This document shows positions 14,915 to 23,195 of a DNA stretch of 64,000 bases, piece after piece. Both the position numbers and the translations under genes were made by a program. Every line of letters starts with the position of its first letter. The stretch's first letter is position 1. Source of the stretch: Clostridia bacterium (GTDB taxonomy: Bacteria; Bacillota; Clostridia; Oscillospirales; CAG-272); NCBI GenBank assembly GCA_017935065.1, contig JAGBIF010000031.1:302-64301 (forward strand). The letters run 5' to 3'. The notes under the pieces are model-generated. The model did no database searches. It saw nothing but the letters and a program-made list of their open reading frames with translations, and was not told the origin of the DNA.

Positions 14915-17530
14915 ATGAAGAAGATTTTAAAGGGCTTGCTTTTGATTATACTCTCACTTGCCTGTGTGCTTTCGTTGCTTGCTTGCACAGGCGGCGGGGA
15001 GCCTGACGATACCGACGAGCCGAGCGAGCCTACCTACCCCGAGGACGATATTCCTCTTGAGGGGCTAGTGCTCATCAGAAAGAACGTTGCGCAGTTCAAG
15101 GTAGTAATTGCCTCGGGTGCGGGAAGCGAGGGCAGACGCGCCGCGGGTGAGCTTGTGGACAGACTCCGCGCGCTTGATATTGAGATTGCCGACGCAGTAG
15201 AGGATAAAAACGCCGCCGAGATAAGCGAGTGCGAGATTATAATCGGTGTCGGTGCGAAAAACCGCGACGGTTGTGCGGTGCAGGCATCCGAGCTTGGCGA
15301 TATGGGTTATCTCATCAAGGCGGTGGGAAGCCGTATAGTAATCGCGGGCGGAACACCCACCCTTACACGCAAGACGGTGAAGGATTTTATAGAAGATCAG
15401 CTCGGTATTACCGAGAACACCGTTTCCAGGCGAAACGTTGCGGTGCCGAAGGACCTTAATATCTTCGTGCCTACCGACTACAACATTGATAAAATTACGG
15501 TTGCGGGCAACGACCTTGCGGGGTACGTTATAGCCTGTGACGAGAACGATGAGGCGGTATATCCCGATCTTGTAAATAAGGTAAAGAACAAAATTTTCTC
15601 AGCCTCGGGCTATAATCTGTCCATCGTTGATAATCGCAACGTCGCGAGCGGGGCGAAGCAGATAATAGTCAGGACGGTTGACGATGCGGGCGAGGGCGGC
15701 TTCAGAGTGCTCGTCGACGGCTCAAATCTCGTTATCGAGGCATCGCTGTCAACTATGTTTGCCTCTGCAGTTGACGAGTTCCTCTCGGCTAGTCTCAACG
15801 GCACGAAGGCACTGCTTGCGTTCGGTAGCGACTATACCTATACTAAGAACATACTAACCGTAAAATACGCCGATTTCGGAGCGAAGGGCGATGGCAAGAA
15901 CAACGATTTCTTCGCGCTTCTCGAGGCGCACGAGACGGTTAACCTTACCAAGCAAACGCTCATAGCCGAGGGTGAGGTCGGAAATAAGTTCTATATCGGT
16001 AAGACCTGGATCGACGGCGAGGATACCGCCAAATCCATACCTGTTCGTACCGATATGGATTTCGGGGATGCGACGATTATTATTGACGATACCGTAGACG
16101 GTATTCACAAGGTGGGCTACAGGTCGGGCGCGATATTCACCGTCGGGCGCGATCATGGCATTATTACCTACAGAAGTGAGGAGGACTATCCGAGGCAGAT
16201 ATCCTCACTTGCCGACGATCCTAGGCTTAAGGTCGGCGATACCTCTATTCCTTGGTTAGCCGAGGTTCTCGAGGCGGAGAAGAACATGATATTCCTTCGC
16301 AACGAAAACCATAAGGATTATGTAAGGTTTGGAGGCAACCAGAACGAGGGCAACGACAGGACGGACGTTATCATAGTTGACTCGGAGGGAAATATATCTG
16401 CCGACACGCCTATCATCTTTGATTTTGACGAGTTGACACAGCTTCAGATACTTCCCATCACCGACGAGCCTATTACCGTTCAGGGAGGCTTCTTCAAGAC
16501 ACGCGCGGCTACCTGCGCGCCTGAGCATGCGAGCCTCAGCCACACACCGTATGAATCCTATTCCCGCGGAATTGCCGTGACACGCCCCAACGCTACGATT
16601 AAGAATATCGACCACGAGGTGACGGGTGAGCCATCGTCAAAGGGCTATCCCTGTAGCGGCTTTATTACGATTTCGGCTACCTACAACGTCACTCTCAGCG
16701 ATACTAAGCTCAGTGGCAGAAAAATGTATTATGAAAAGAAGGCTACCTCAAGCTCGCCCGTTCCGATGGGCTCGTACGATCTTACGATGAACAGCTCTGT
16801 TAATACCTACTATAAAAATCTCACTCAGTATCGCGATATTAAGGATGAGGTATATTGGGGACTTTCGGCATCGAACGGCTGTAAAAACCTTTATTTCGAT
16901 AATGTGGTAATATCGAGAATTGACGCGCACTGCGGACTTTGGAATATTGACGTGAAGAACTCTACAATAGGCTTCGCCTTCAACGTTATCGGCGGCGGCA
17001 CGCTCAACGCAACTAACGTTCAAAGACGCACGGGTGAGACGTTCATATACCTTCGCGGAGATTATGGCGCGACCTTTAACGGCACTGTAAATCTCAAGAA
17101 CTGCCGTATGAACGGCTACACCTCCTATAAATCGCTTGATTCCTCGGGAAATAAGGTTGAATTTAACTATAACTCCTATGTTTCTCGGGTGTACGTTATC
17201 GACTCGGGCTTTAACGCCTCGTCGTACAATTCCGCTACGGGCAAGTACTATTCCCAGTGGGATTTCGGCTATAAGTGCTATATGCCCACACAGGTAAATC
17301 TCGATAACTTCACCGCAGGACATCAGCAGGAGCTTCAGGGGGCTGTCGCCAAGACACACACGGTGCACGTATTTAACGATATAAGCAACAGCGCCTTTAA
17401 CTCCTCGGCACCTTACGGAGGATATCAGATTTGTAAAAAGGTAACCTACAAAAATATGACCAAGCCCACAATTTGCCCCACCCCTGGCACCTGCACTAAG
17501 CTTGCGGGAATCAGCATTGTTCAAGGTTAA
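14915..17530 (+). CDS. Secreted lipoprotein with N-terminal alpha/beta stalk domains and a right-handed beta-helix (pectate-lyase-3 / GH28-related) domain, paralog A
   Basis: 871 aa with lipobox LSLLAC. YADFGAKGDGKNNDFFAL is the typical start of Pectate_lyase_3/tailspike-like beta-helix domains. The C-terminal half is Asn/Gly/Thr-rich, as in parallel beta-helices. Confidence 0.7.
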   Translation: MKKILKGLLLIILSLACVLSLLACTGGGEPDDTDEPSEPTYPEDDIPLEGLVLIRKNVAQFKVVIASGAGSEGRRAAGELVDRLRALDIEIADAVEDKNAAEISECEIIIGVGAKNRDGCAVQASELGDMGYLIKAVGSRIVIAGGTPTLTRKTVKDFIEDQLGITENTVSRRNVAVPKDLNIFVPTDYNIDKITVAGNDLAGYVIACDENDEAVYPDLVNKVKNKIFSASGYNLSIVDNRNVASGAKQIIVRTVDDAGEGGFRVLVDGSNLVIEASLSTMFASAVDEFLSASLNGTKALLAFGSDYTYTKNILTVKYADFGAKGDGKNNDFFALLEAHETVNLTKQTLIAEGEVGNKFYIGKTWIDGEDTAKSIPVRTDMDFGDATIIIDDTVDGIHKVGYRSGAIFTVGRDHGIITYRSEEDYPRQISSLADDPRLKVGDTSIPWLAEVLEAEKNMIFLRNENHKDYVRFGGNQNEGNDRTDVIIVDSEGNISADTPIIFDFDELTQLQILPITDEPITVQGGFFKTRAATCAPEHASLSHTPYESYSRGIAVTRPNATIKNIDHEVTGEPSSKGYPCSGFITISATYNVTLSDTKLSGRKMYYEKKATSSSPVPMGSYDLTMNSSVNTYYKNLTQYRDIKDEVYWGLSASNGCKNLYFDNVVISRIDAHCGLWNIDVKNSTIGFAFNVIGGGTLNATNVQRRTGETFIYLRGDYGATFNGTVNLKNCRMNGYTSYKSLDSSGNKVEFNYNSYVSRVYVIDSGFNASSYNSATGKYYSQWDFGYKCYMPTQVNLDNFTAGHQQELQGAVAKTHTVHVFNDISNSAFNSSAPYGGYQICKKVTYKNMTKPTICPTPGTCTKLAGISIVQG

Positions 17531-17702
17531 GAAAAGAGGATAATAGCGTGAAAGTTATGTAACATCTATTCTTTCGGATAGTCGGTTTCACGCCCGAATT
17601 TTCGCGATGTGGAGCCTTAGTCCAAATCGTCACGCGCAGCGTGATACCGAAAATTCATCAACAATTTGTGCGGTCGCCTATGGCGACGGAATGGAGATTA
17701 AT

Positions 17703-20219
17703 ATGAAATCTAAACTTTTGAAATTGCTTCTGCTTATGCTCGCTATGACACTCGTTCTGTCATTCGGACTTACTGCCTGTGCAGACCCCGAGGAGCCCGA
17801 CGATACCGACGGCGATACCGACGAGCCGAGCGATCCTACCTACCCCGAGGACGATATTCCTCTTGAGGGGCTGGTGCTTATTAAAAAGAACGTCGCGCAG
17901 TTCAAGGTAGTAATTGCCTATGGCGCAGGAAGCGAGGGCAGACGCGCCGCCAGGGATTTGGTAGACAGACTCCGTGAGCTTGGGGTTGAGGTTGCCGATC
18001 CTGTAGAGGACAAGGATGCCGCGGCGGTTTCGGAATGTGAGATAATAGTCGGCGTCGGTGTCAGAAACCGCCCCGACGCGTGCGTTATGGAGGCGGCAGA
18101 GTTCGGCCCTGACGGCTCTACAATAAGAGTTGTCGGCAACCGCGTTGTTTGCGCGGGCGGTACCATTACCAACACGCGCCGTGCGGTAGATAAGCTTATG
18201 AGAGTCTATATGGGTATCACCGAGACTACCGAGTCCAAGCGTAACGTAGCGCTTGCCACCGACCTCAACGATACTGTTCTTACCGATTATCAGGTAGATA
18301 AGATTACCGTTGTCGGAAATCTTCTTTCGGACTATAAAATAGTTTGTGACGAGAACGACTTCGGCGCGTATCCCTACGTCACCGACTCTGTAAAGAAGGC
18401 TATCTTCAACTGCTCGGGCTACAATCTTTCCGTGGTTGACCAGAAGAACACAGTCGATACCGATAAGAAGCTTATCGTGCGCACCGTGGCGAACGCGGGC
18501 GATGACGGCTTCAGGGTATTTGTTGAGGGGGAAAATCTCATTATAGAGTGCTCGATACACAAGCTCTTCCTTGATACCGCCTCGGAGTTCCTCACCAAGG
18601 AAATAACCTCAAAGAAGGGCGAGGTAAGCTTTGCCAGCGACTATACCTGGTCCACGAATATAAGAACTATATCCTACGCTGATTTCGGCGCGAAGGGTGA
18701 CGGTAAGGACGGAGATTTTGACGCAATGATTGCCTGCCACGAGCGCGCTAACGAAACGGGTCAGACGGTAGTGGCAAAGGGCACCGTCGGTAATAAATTC
18801 TACATCGGAAAAACCTGGGAGCCCGACGTCTCCGACAAGGTCGAGGACGAGGATAGGACCTACGGTATACAGATTACCGTAAAGAGCAACTGTGATTTCA
18901 CAGGCGCTGAGTTCATTATTGACGATACGGTTGCGGGAATTCACTACGAGCAAAGAAGAAACAGAGCAATATTTTATATTACGTCCGATAACCGAGGAGT
19001 CACCTATAGCTCTGAGCCTGAGGCGACAAACCAGATATCGTCTCTTGGCGAAAATCTCTCGCTTAAGGCGGGCGCCAAGGAAATCCCCTGGCTTGCAAGC
19101 CAGCTTACGGGCGGTGACTACTTCGTATTCATTGAAAACTCAAATCACAAGGATTACATAAGGTACGGCGGCAACGCCGACAATGGCTACAACCGAATGG
19201 AGGCGCTTATCGTACACTCAGGCGGTATCATTTCGGATGAGACCCCCGTTACCGCAAACTTTGACAAAATCACCGAGGTAATGTGGCGAAGCGTTGACGA
19301 TACTCCGATAACGTTTAAGGGCGGTAAGTTTACCACCAAGTCCAACAAAACCGCCTCAGGCAAGGCTGCAGTTTACGATGCATACCAGAGAGGCATCAAG
19401 ATCAACCGCGCTAATGCAACCGTTCAGAACATCGACCACGTAATCACAGGCGAGCCTGGCGGTAATAATACGAGCTATCCCTACTACGGCTTCGTTCAGT
19501 TCTATTATGCATATAATTCAACACTCAGAGATTCCTGTCTTAACCGTCACAAGACCTATTATTCACCCGACGGAGTTCCTATGGGTAACTACGACCTCAT
19601 AATCGACTACTCGGTTGGAATAACCGTTGATAACGTAGAGCAGCACGGAGATATCAAGGATATGGCGTATTGGGGAATATCCGCCTCAAACGGCTCCAGA
19701 AATATGAAGTTCAATAAGGTGGTTATTTCCAGAATTGACGCGCACAGAGGACTTTATAACCTTGATATAAAGGATTCCACGATAGGCTTCGCTATCAACG
19801 TAATCGGCGGTGGCACGGTTAATATCACAAATACCGTAAGACGTGTTGGTAACAATTTCATTACCCTGAGAGGTGACTACGGAGCTACCTTTAACGGTAC
19901 TATGAATATCAAGAACTGTACGCTTGACGCCTGGACGAATAAGAGCCAGACTGCAAGGGAATCCGTTGCGTACATTATATATTCCGAGTACAACTCGGCA
20001 CACGCAAACCACAACTTCGGATATACCTGCTATATGCCTCAGTACGTAAATCTTGACAACTTCAAATGCAGCGCGGGCACTACCTACGTATTCCCAGGTA
20101 TTTCCGACAGCGTATTCCCTAAATATAAGATTTGCAAGAAGATCACCTTCAAGAATATGACGAAGTATGCAAATGCCCCTGCAGGCTCTAGCAAGCTGAA
20201 TGCTATTCCGAGAGGGTAA
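17703..20219 (+). CDS. Secreted beta-helix lipoprotein, paralog B
   Basis: I chose the start at the ATG at 17703 (MKSKLLKLLLLMLAMTLVLSFGLTAC) because GGAG lies upstream. The track start at 17607 would add a non-signal extension. It is collinear with paralog A along its whole length and carries YADFGAKGDGKDGDFDAM. Confidence 0.7.
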   Translation: MKSKLLKLLLLMLAMTLVLSFGLTACADPEEPDDTDGDTDEPSDPTYPEDDIPLEGLVLIKKNVAQFKVVIAYGAGSEGRRAARDLVDRLRELGVEVADPVEDKDAAAVSECEIIVGVGVRNRPDACVMEAAEFGPDGSTIRVVGNRVVCAGGTITNTRRAVDKLMRVYMGITETTESKRNVALATDLNDTVLTDYQVDKITVVGNLLSDYKIVCDENDFGAYPYVTDSVKKAIFNCSGYNLSVVDQKNTVDTDKKLIVRTVANAGDDGFRVFVEGENLIIECSIHKLFLDTASEFLTKEITSKKGEVSFASDYTWSTNIRTISYADFGAKGDGKDGDFDAMIACHERANETGQTVVAKGTVGNKFYIGKTWEPDVSDKVEDEDRTYGIQITVKSNCDFTGAEFIIDDTVAGIHYEQRRNRAIFYITSDNRGVTYSSEPEATNQISSLGENLSLKAGAKEIPWLASQLTGGDYFVFIENSNHKDYIRYGGNADNGYNRMEALIVHSGGIISDETPVTANFDKITEVMWRSVDDTPITFKGGKFTTKSNKTASGKAAVYDAYQRGIKINRANATVQNIDHVITGEPGGNNTSYPYYGFVQFYYAYNSTLRDSCLNRHKTYYSPDGVPMGNYDLIIDYSVGITVDNVEQHGDIKDMAYWGISASNGSRNMKFNKVVISRIDAHRGLYNLDIKDSTIGFAINVIGGGTVNITNTVRRVGNNFITLRGDYGATFNGTMNIKNCTLDAWTNKSQTARESVAYIIYSEYNSAHANHNFGYTCYMPQYVNLDNFKCSAGTTYVFPGISDSVFPKYKICKKITFKNMTKYANAPAGSSKLNAIPRG

Positions 20220-20241
20220 GCGATACCCCGCATCGCCGTAG

Positions 20242-20352
20242 GGCGGGGGAAATGTCATCCTGAGCCAACAAGCAATTGCTTGTTGCCCTGAGCGAAGCCG
20301 AAGGGGGTGTCGAACCCGTAGGGCGACGCAAAGCGTCGGGATCTCTCCCGCC
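20242..20352. repeat. ~110-nt long-hairpin repeat, copy 1 (termini GGCGGGGGAAATGTCATCCTGAGC ... CGTCGGGATCTCTCCCGCC)
   Basis: The termini are mutually complementary: ATCCTGA pairs with TCGGGAT, and GGCGGG with CCCGCC. The interior holds the small hairpins CAACAAGCAATTGCTTGTTG and CGACGCAAAGCGTCG. Confidence 0.65.
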
Positions 20353-20399
20353 GTGTACGCCTCGCACACAGTACGATGGTGTGCCCGTGGCGCTTGCAA

Positions 20400-20473
20400 T
20401 GAAATCCGCTTTGCGGATGAAGTCCACTTCGTGGATGAAGTCGCTTCGCGATGAAGTCCGACTTTGTCGGGTT
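20400..20473. repeat. Mini-hairpin array with constant word ATGAAGT; 74-nt block identical to 28196-28269
   Basis: The sequence is TGAAAT-CCGCTTTGCGG-ATGAAGT-CCACTTCGTGG-ATGAAGT-CGCTTCGCG-ATGAAGT-CCGACTTTGTCGG. A base-by-base comparison with 28196-28269 shows no mismatch. Confidence 0.85.
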
Positions 20474-20480
20474 GATATGG

Positions 20481-20567
20481 GAGCGGGAATGTCATCCTGA
20501 GCGGAGGGCTATGCCCGAAGTCGAACGGCGCAGCCGCGACGCTGTGCGTCGGGATCTCTTCCGCTTC
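20481..20567. repeat. Long-hairpin repeat, copy 2 (GAGCGGGAATGTCATCCTGAGC ... CGTCGGGATCTCTTCCGCTTC)
   Basis: It has the same termini and the same internal GTCGAAC and CGACGC-nnn-GCGTCG landmarks as copy 1, but a shorter and different interior. Confidence 0.65.
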
Positions 20568-20585
20568 GCACGCATTTCCCATATT

Positions 20586-21095
20586 AAAGGAGGATGCTCT
20601 TCCGCCGTACCTCATCCTTGCAAAGCTTAAGAGTGTCGCATAGTGATTTTTATATTCCTTTCCCGAGGTCGCAAGATAGATTGACAGCTCGTCAATTCTG
20701 TCGACATAGTCCTCGGGAAATTTTTCCCTGAAGGCATTATACTCGGTGTCGGAAAGAAAAACATTGTCAAAGGCACCGAAGGGCTCTTTTTTGCCGAGAG
20801 GCGAGGGAGGTGCTGAGCTTGGCATCTGTATTTCCTCATCCCTATCAACCGCGGTGTCATACACCGCATCATTTAATGAAAAAGAATTTTCAAAATCGCG
20901 CTCTTCACGAGAGAAAGAGAGATTTTCACCGTTATCGTTTTCGGTAACGGTTTCTTCTTTTTTATTCTTCTCTCTTTCTTCTCGAAGAGAAGTATGTTCT
21001 TCTTTGTTCTTTTCTGTTCTATTATTTATATTTATTAAGGGTAATGATTTTGTAATGCTCAAATCATTACATGTAATGCTCGGTGTAATGCTCAA
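20586..21095 (-). pseudogene. Remnant of a phage/plasmid replisome-organiser (DnaD-like C-terminal) gene
   Basis: The segment FDNVFLSDTEYNAFREKFPEDYVDRIDELSIYLATSGKEYKNHYATLLSFARM matches a C-terminal module common in Firmicute phage replication proteins. The N-terminus lies in a repeat array. The reading frame has lost its native stop and runs on through repeats into the antisense of paralog B. Confidence 0.35.
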
Positions 21096-21185
21096 ATCTT
21101 TCCCTGTAATGCTATCTGTAACGGCTTCATCATTACGAGCGAAGCGAATAACATCACTTTTGCGTCAGCAAAAACATCACTAACA
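21041..21185. repeat. Mini-hairpin / word arrays (GTAATGCT x4, then CATCA-type words)
   Basis: GTAATGCT occurs at 21053, 21073, 21085 and 21106. The inverted repeat GTAATGATTT/AAATCATTAC lies at 21041-21070. This is followed by CATCATTA-CGAGCGAAGCGA-ATAACATCAC-TTTTGCGTCAGCAAAA-ACATCAC. Confidence 0.7.
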
Positions 21186-21232
21186 AAAAGAGCAGACACA
21201 AGAATTTTCATCTTATGTGTCTGCTCTTTTTT
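21185..21232. terminator. Bidirectional intrinsic terminator
   Basis: AAAAAGAGCAGACACA ... TGTGTCTGCTCTTTTTT, with A-run and T-run flanks on both sides. It lies downstream of the minus-strand GH28-like gene. Confidence 0.75.
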
Positions 21233-21268
21233 GCTTGTATAAGGTTTTTTGGGGGGAATTTACTAATT

Positions 21269-21350
21269 GCGAGCGAAGCTCGCGTCGATATATTTGCTTT
21301 GTGTACAAAGCAAATTCGATATGCGCTTCGCGCGTGATATGATTGACACA
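21269..21350. repeat. Mini-hairpin array with constant word CGATAT
   Basis: The sequence is GCGAGCGAAGCTCGC-GTCGATATA-TTTGCTTTGTGTACAAAGCAAA-TTCGATAT-GCGCTTCGCGC-GTGATAT-GATTGACACA. It is homologous to 28314-28380. Confidence 0.75.
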
Positions 21351-21377
21351 TTCCCCCTCATAAAAAACTCACGGCTA

Positions 21378-23006
21378 TTAATTATAGATAATATTCTTCG
21401 CGAAGGCATTCTTTTTGACCAGGCCTGAGCTTTCGGTGACCTTAACGCCTTCTATTGTGACATTATCAAAGGTAATGCCGTCGATAATTCTATTGTCGTC
21501 CTGACCGTAGACGTAGATTTTTGATTGCTCACCGAGTGCGTGCTTTGCTGATATGTTCTTAAAGGTTATGTTCTGGATAAGCTTACCGTAGGTATCATTG
21601 TCCTTGACGAAGTGAAGTCTTATAGCGTCACCGAGGGTGAATTCCATTCGGATATCCTCAAAGCTCATATCCTTAAGGATATTCTCACCGCCGTTGTGAA
21701 GCCTTATCGCGCCTGTTGTATTTACCGAATGTACCTCAAGAATATCTATATCTTTTACCTTGATATTCTCGATTACATCGGGGCTTGTCGCGTTTCCGCT
21801 TCCGTGAGAGCCGATGTTTATCGCGTGCGCGTTATCCGCCCAAAGCACGCAGTTTGTGATAGTGTAGTTCTTTGAGCTACCGACGTTGTCCCATCTTGAG
21901 GCATAAATGGCGATACAGTCGTCGTTGGTGCGGAAAAAGCTATTCTTTACCGTCATATCCGAGCATGCCATAACGTCAAAGCCGTCGGTCCAGGGCATTG
22001 AGGCAATTGCCTTGACGTTGTTGACTGTAACACTGCTACTATTTCCGCCGTTAATGCAATATGCGCTGGGATTGCGTATGATAATGCCGTCAACGGTGAT
22101 GTTTTTTGAATTGGATATCATTATAGCAGAGGGATAGGGAAGCGTTGTGTCGCGGTTGTTATCGGGGGTGTTCCACATCAACATATCAATGACACCCCTT
22201 CCCATAAGGCGCGAGCCGTCATCGTCCTTAATCACAACCGCTGCCTGAAGCACAGCACCGCCCGATAGATAGAGCGTGACACCTGAGGAAATATTGAACA
22301 CGGGGGTGCGTACACCGTTCTTATCTTCCATTCTTATATAGCGACAGTTATCCGCATTGTATAATCCAGGCCCCAGGTATATCGTATCGTCGGCATTCCT
22401 GTCAAATTCCTCAATGGGGTTTGCAAAAATCTGAAGATTTCCGTAAATATCACCGCCAACCTCGTAGGAGAACTGACCAGCCTCATCAAGCGTTAAGAGA
22501 GTGGTCTTTCCCTCGGTGCTGTAAGCGCTCTTGTCGATAGGTCTTATTCTGACATCACCCGCCGACTTGTGAGTGATGCGAAGGGTGACCTCGCCCTCAA
22601 AGTCAAAGTTAACGAAATAAGTAGTATGCGTCGTGTATGTTCCGATAGCATCAGGGTGCTGCATTGCAACGCGGGCAGTCCATACCTCAAGCTTGTGAAA
22701 GGTCTTGCCGTCGAGCGAGAGCTCCGCCGTGTATTCATCGTCGGATATGTAATCTGAAGATGGCGCGTCGTAGAGTATGGCACTGCTGATACCGTTCGAG
22801 GATGTTATTTTATGTATTTTGTCAGAGCCGTCGTTCTTTGGCGGAGCAGGCTCCTCGGGTTCCTCAGGCTCCGCGGGCTCCTTAGGCTCCTCAGGCTCGG
22901 TGGGCACATCGGGTGTATCGGGCTCGTCGGGTGTTTCCGTGAGGTTGCAGGCCGTGAAGCACAGGGAAAGCATAAGCGCAAGAAAAAGAACAAGTAATTT
23001 TTTCAT
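21378..23006 (-). CDS. Secreted lipoprotein, GH28-like right-handed beta-helix glycoside hydrolase
   Basis: 542 aa with lipobox LCFTAC and a Pro/Glu linker. The beta-helix motifs WTDGFDVMACSDMTVKNSFFRTNDDCIAIYA and AHAINIGSHGSG parallel the GH28 motifs NTDG / DDC.AI / G.HG.SIGS. Confidence 0.65.
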   Translation of the reverse strand: MKKLLVLFLALMLSLCFTACNLTETPDEPDTPDVPTEPEEPKEPAEPEEPEEPAPPKNDGSDKIHKITSSNGISSAILYDAPSSDYISDDEYTAELSLDGKTFHKLEVWTARVAMQHPDAIGTYTTHTTYFVNFDFEGEVTLRITHKSAGDVRIRPIDKSAYSTEGKTTLLTLDEAGQFSYEVGGDIYGNLQIFANPIEEFDRNADDTIYLGPGLYNADNCRYIRMEDKNGVRTPVFNISSGVTLYLSGGAVLQAAVVIKDDDGSRLMGRGVIDMLMWNTPDNNRDTTLPYPSAIMISNSKNITVDGIIIRNPSAYCINGGNSSSVTVNNVKAIASMPWTDGFDVMACSDMTVKNSFFRTNDDCIAIYASRWDNVGSSKNYTITNCVLWADNAHAINIGSHGSGNATSPDVIENIKVKDIDILEVHSVNTTGAIRLHNGGENILKDMSFEDIRMEFTLGDAIRLHFVKDNDTYGKLIQNITFKNISAKHALGEQSKIYVYGQDDNRIIDGITFDNVTIEGVKVTESSGLVKKNAFAKNIIYN

Positions 23007-23133
23007 ACTTTACCTCAAGCTATAATTTTCTTCATTATAACACACGTACGGGCGAAAGTCAACCTCATACCGCTTGCGAAATAAACAGATAAGAAGAATG
23101 TTACCACGCGAGGCAGGAATTTTTAAAATCTTC

Positions 23134-23162
23134 TTGAAAATCATCGCGCGCGGGTGTATAAT
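23134..23162 (+). promoter_or_regulatory. Sigma-A type promoter for the GH3 gene
   Basis: TTGAAA, a 17-nt spacer, then TATAAT (23157-23162). Confidence 0.55.
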
Positions 23163-23195
23163 AATAAAAGAATAAATAATAGGATGGTGTCTATT

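Noticed and set aside
16748-18560. 258-aa and 266-aa minus-strand ORFs (16748-17524, 17760-18560) inside the beta-helix paralogs
   Set aside because: They are antisense shadows. The plus-strand frames are mutually homologous across both paralogs, which supports the plus strand.
19686-20585. C-terminal two-thirds of the 469-aa minus-strand ORF
   Set aside because: This part reads through the hairpin arrays and long-hairpin repeats, then runs antisense through paralog B. Only residues up to about 165 resemble a real protein module, so I treat the ORF as a decayed gene that lost its stop.
20220-21377. Intact prophage or integrative element at 20.2-21.4 kb
   Set aside because: There is only one decayed replication-protein fragment. 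No integrase, terminase, capsid or repressor genes are present. The rest is repeats and a terminator.
22777-23025. Small Gly/Ser-rich plus-strand ORFs opposite the 5' end of the GH28-like gene
   Set aside because: They mirror the Pro/Glu-rich linker (PEEPKEPAEPEEPEEP) encoded on the minus strand. This is a low-complexity artefact.
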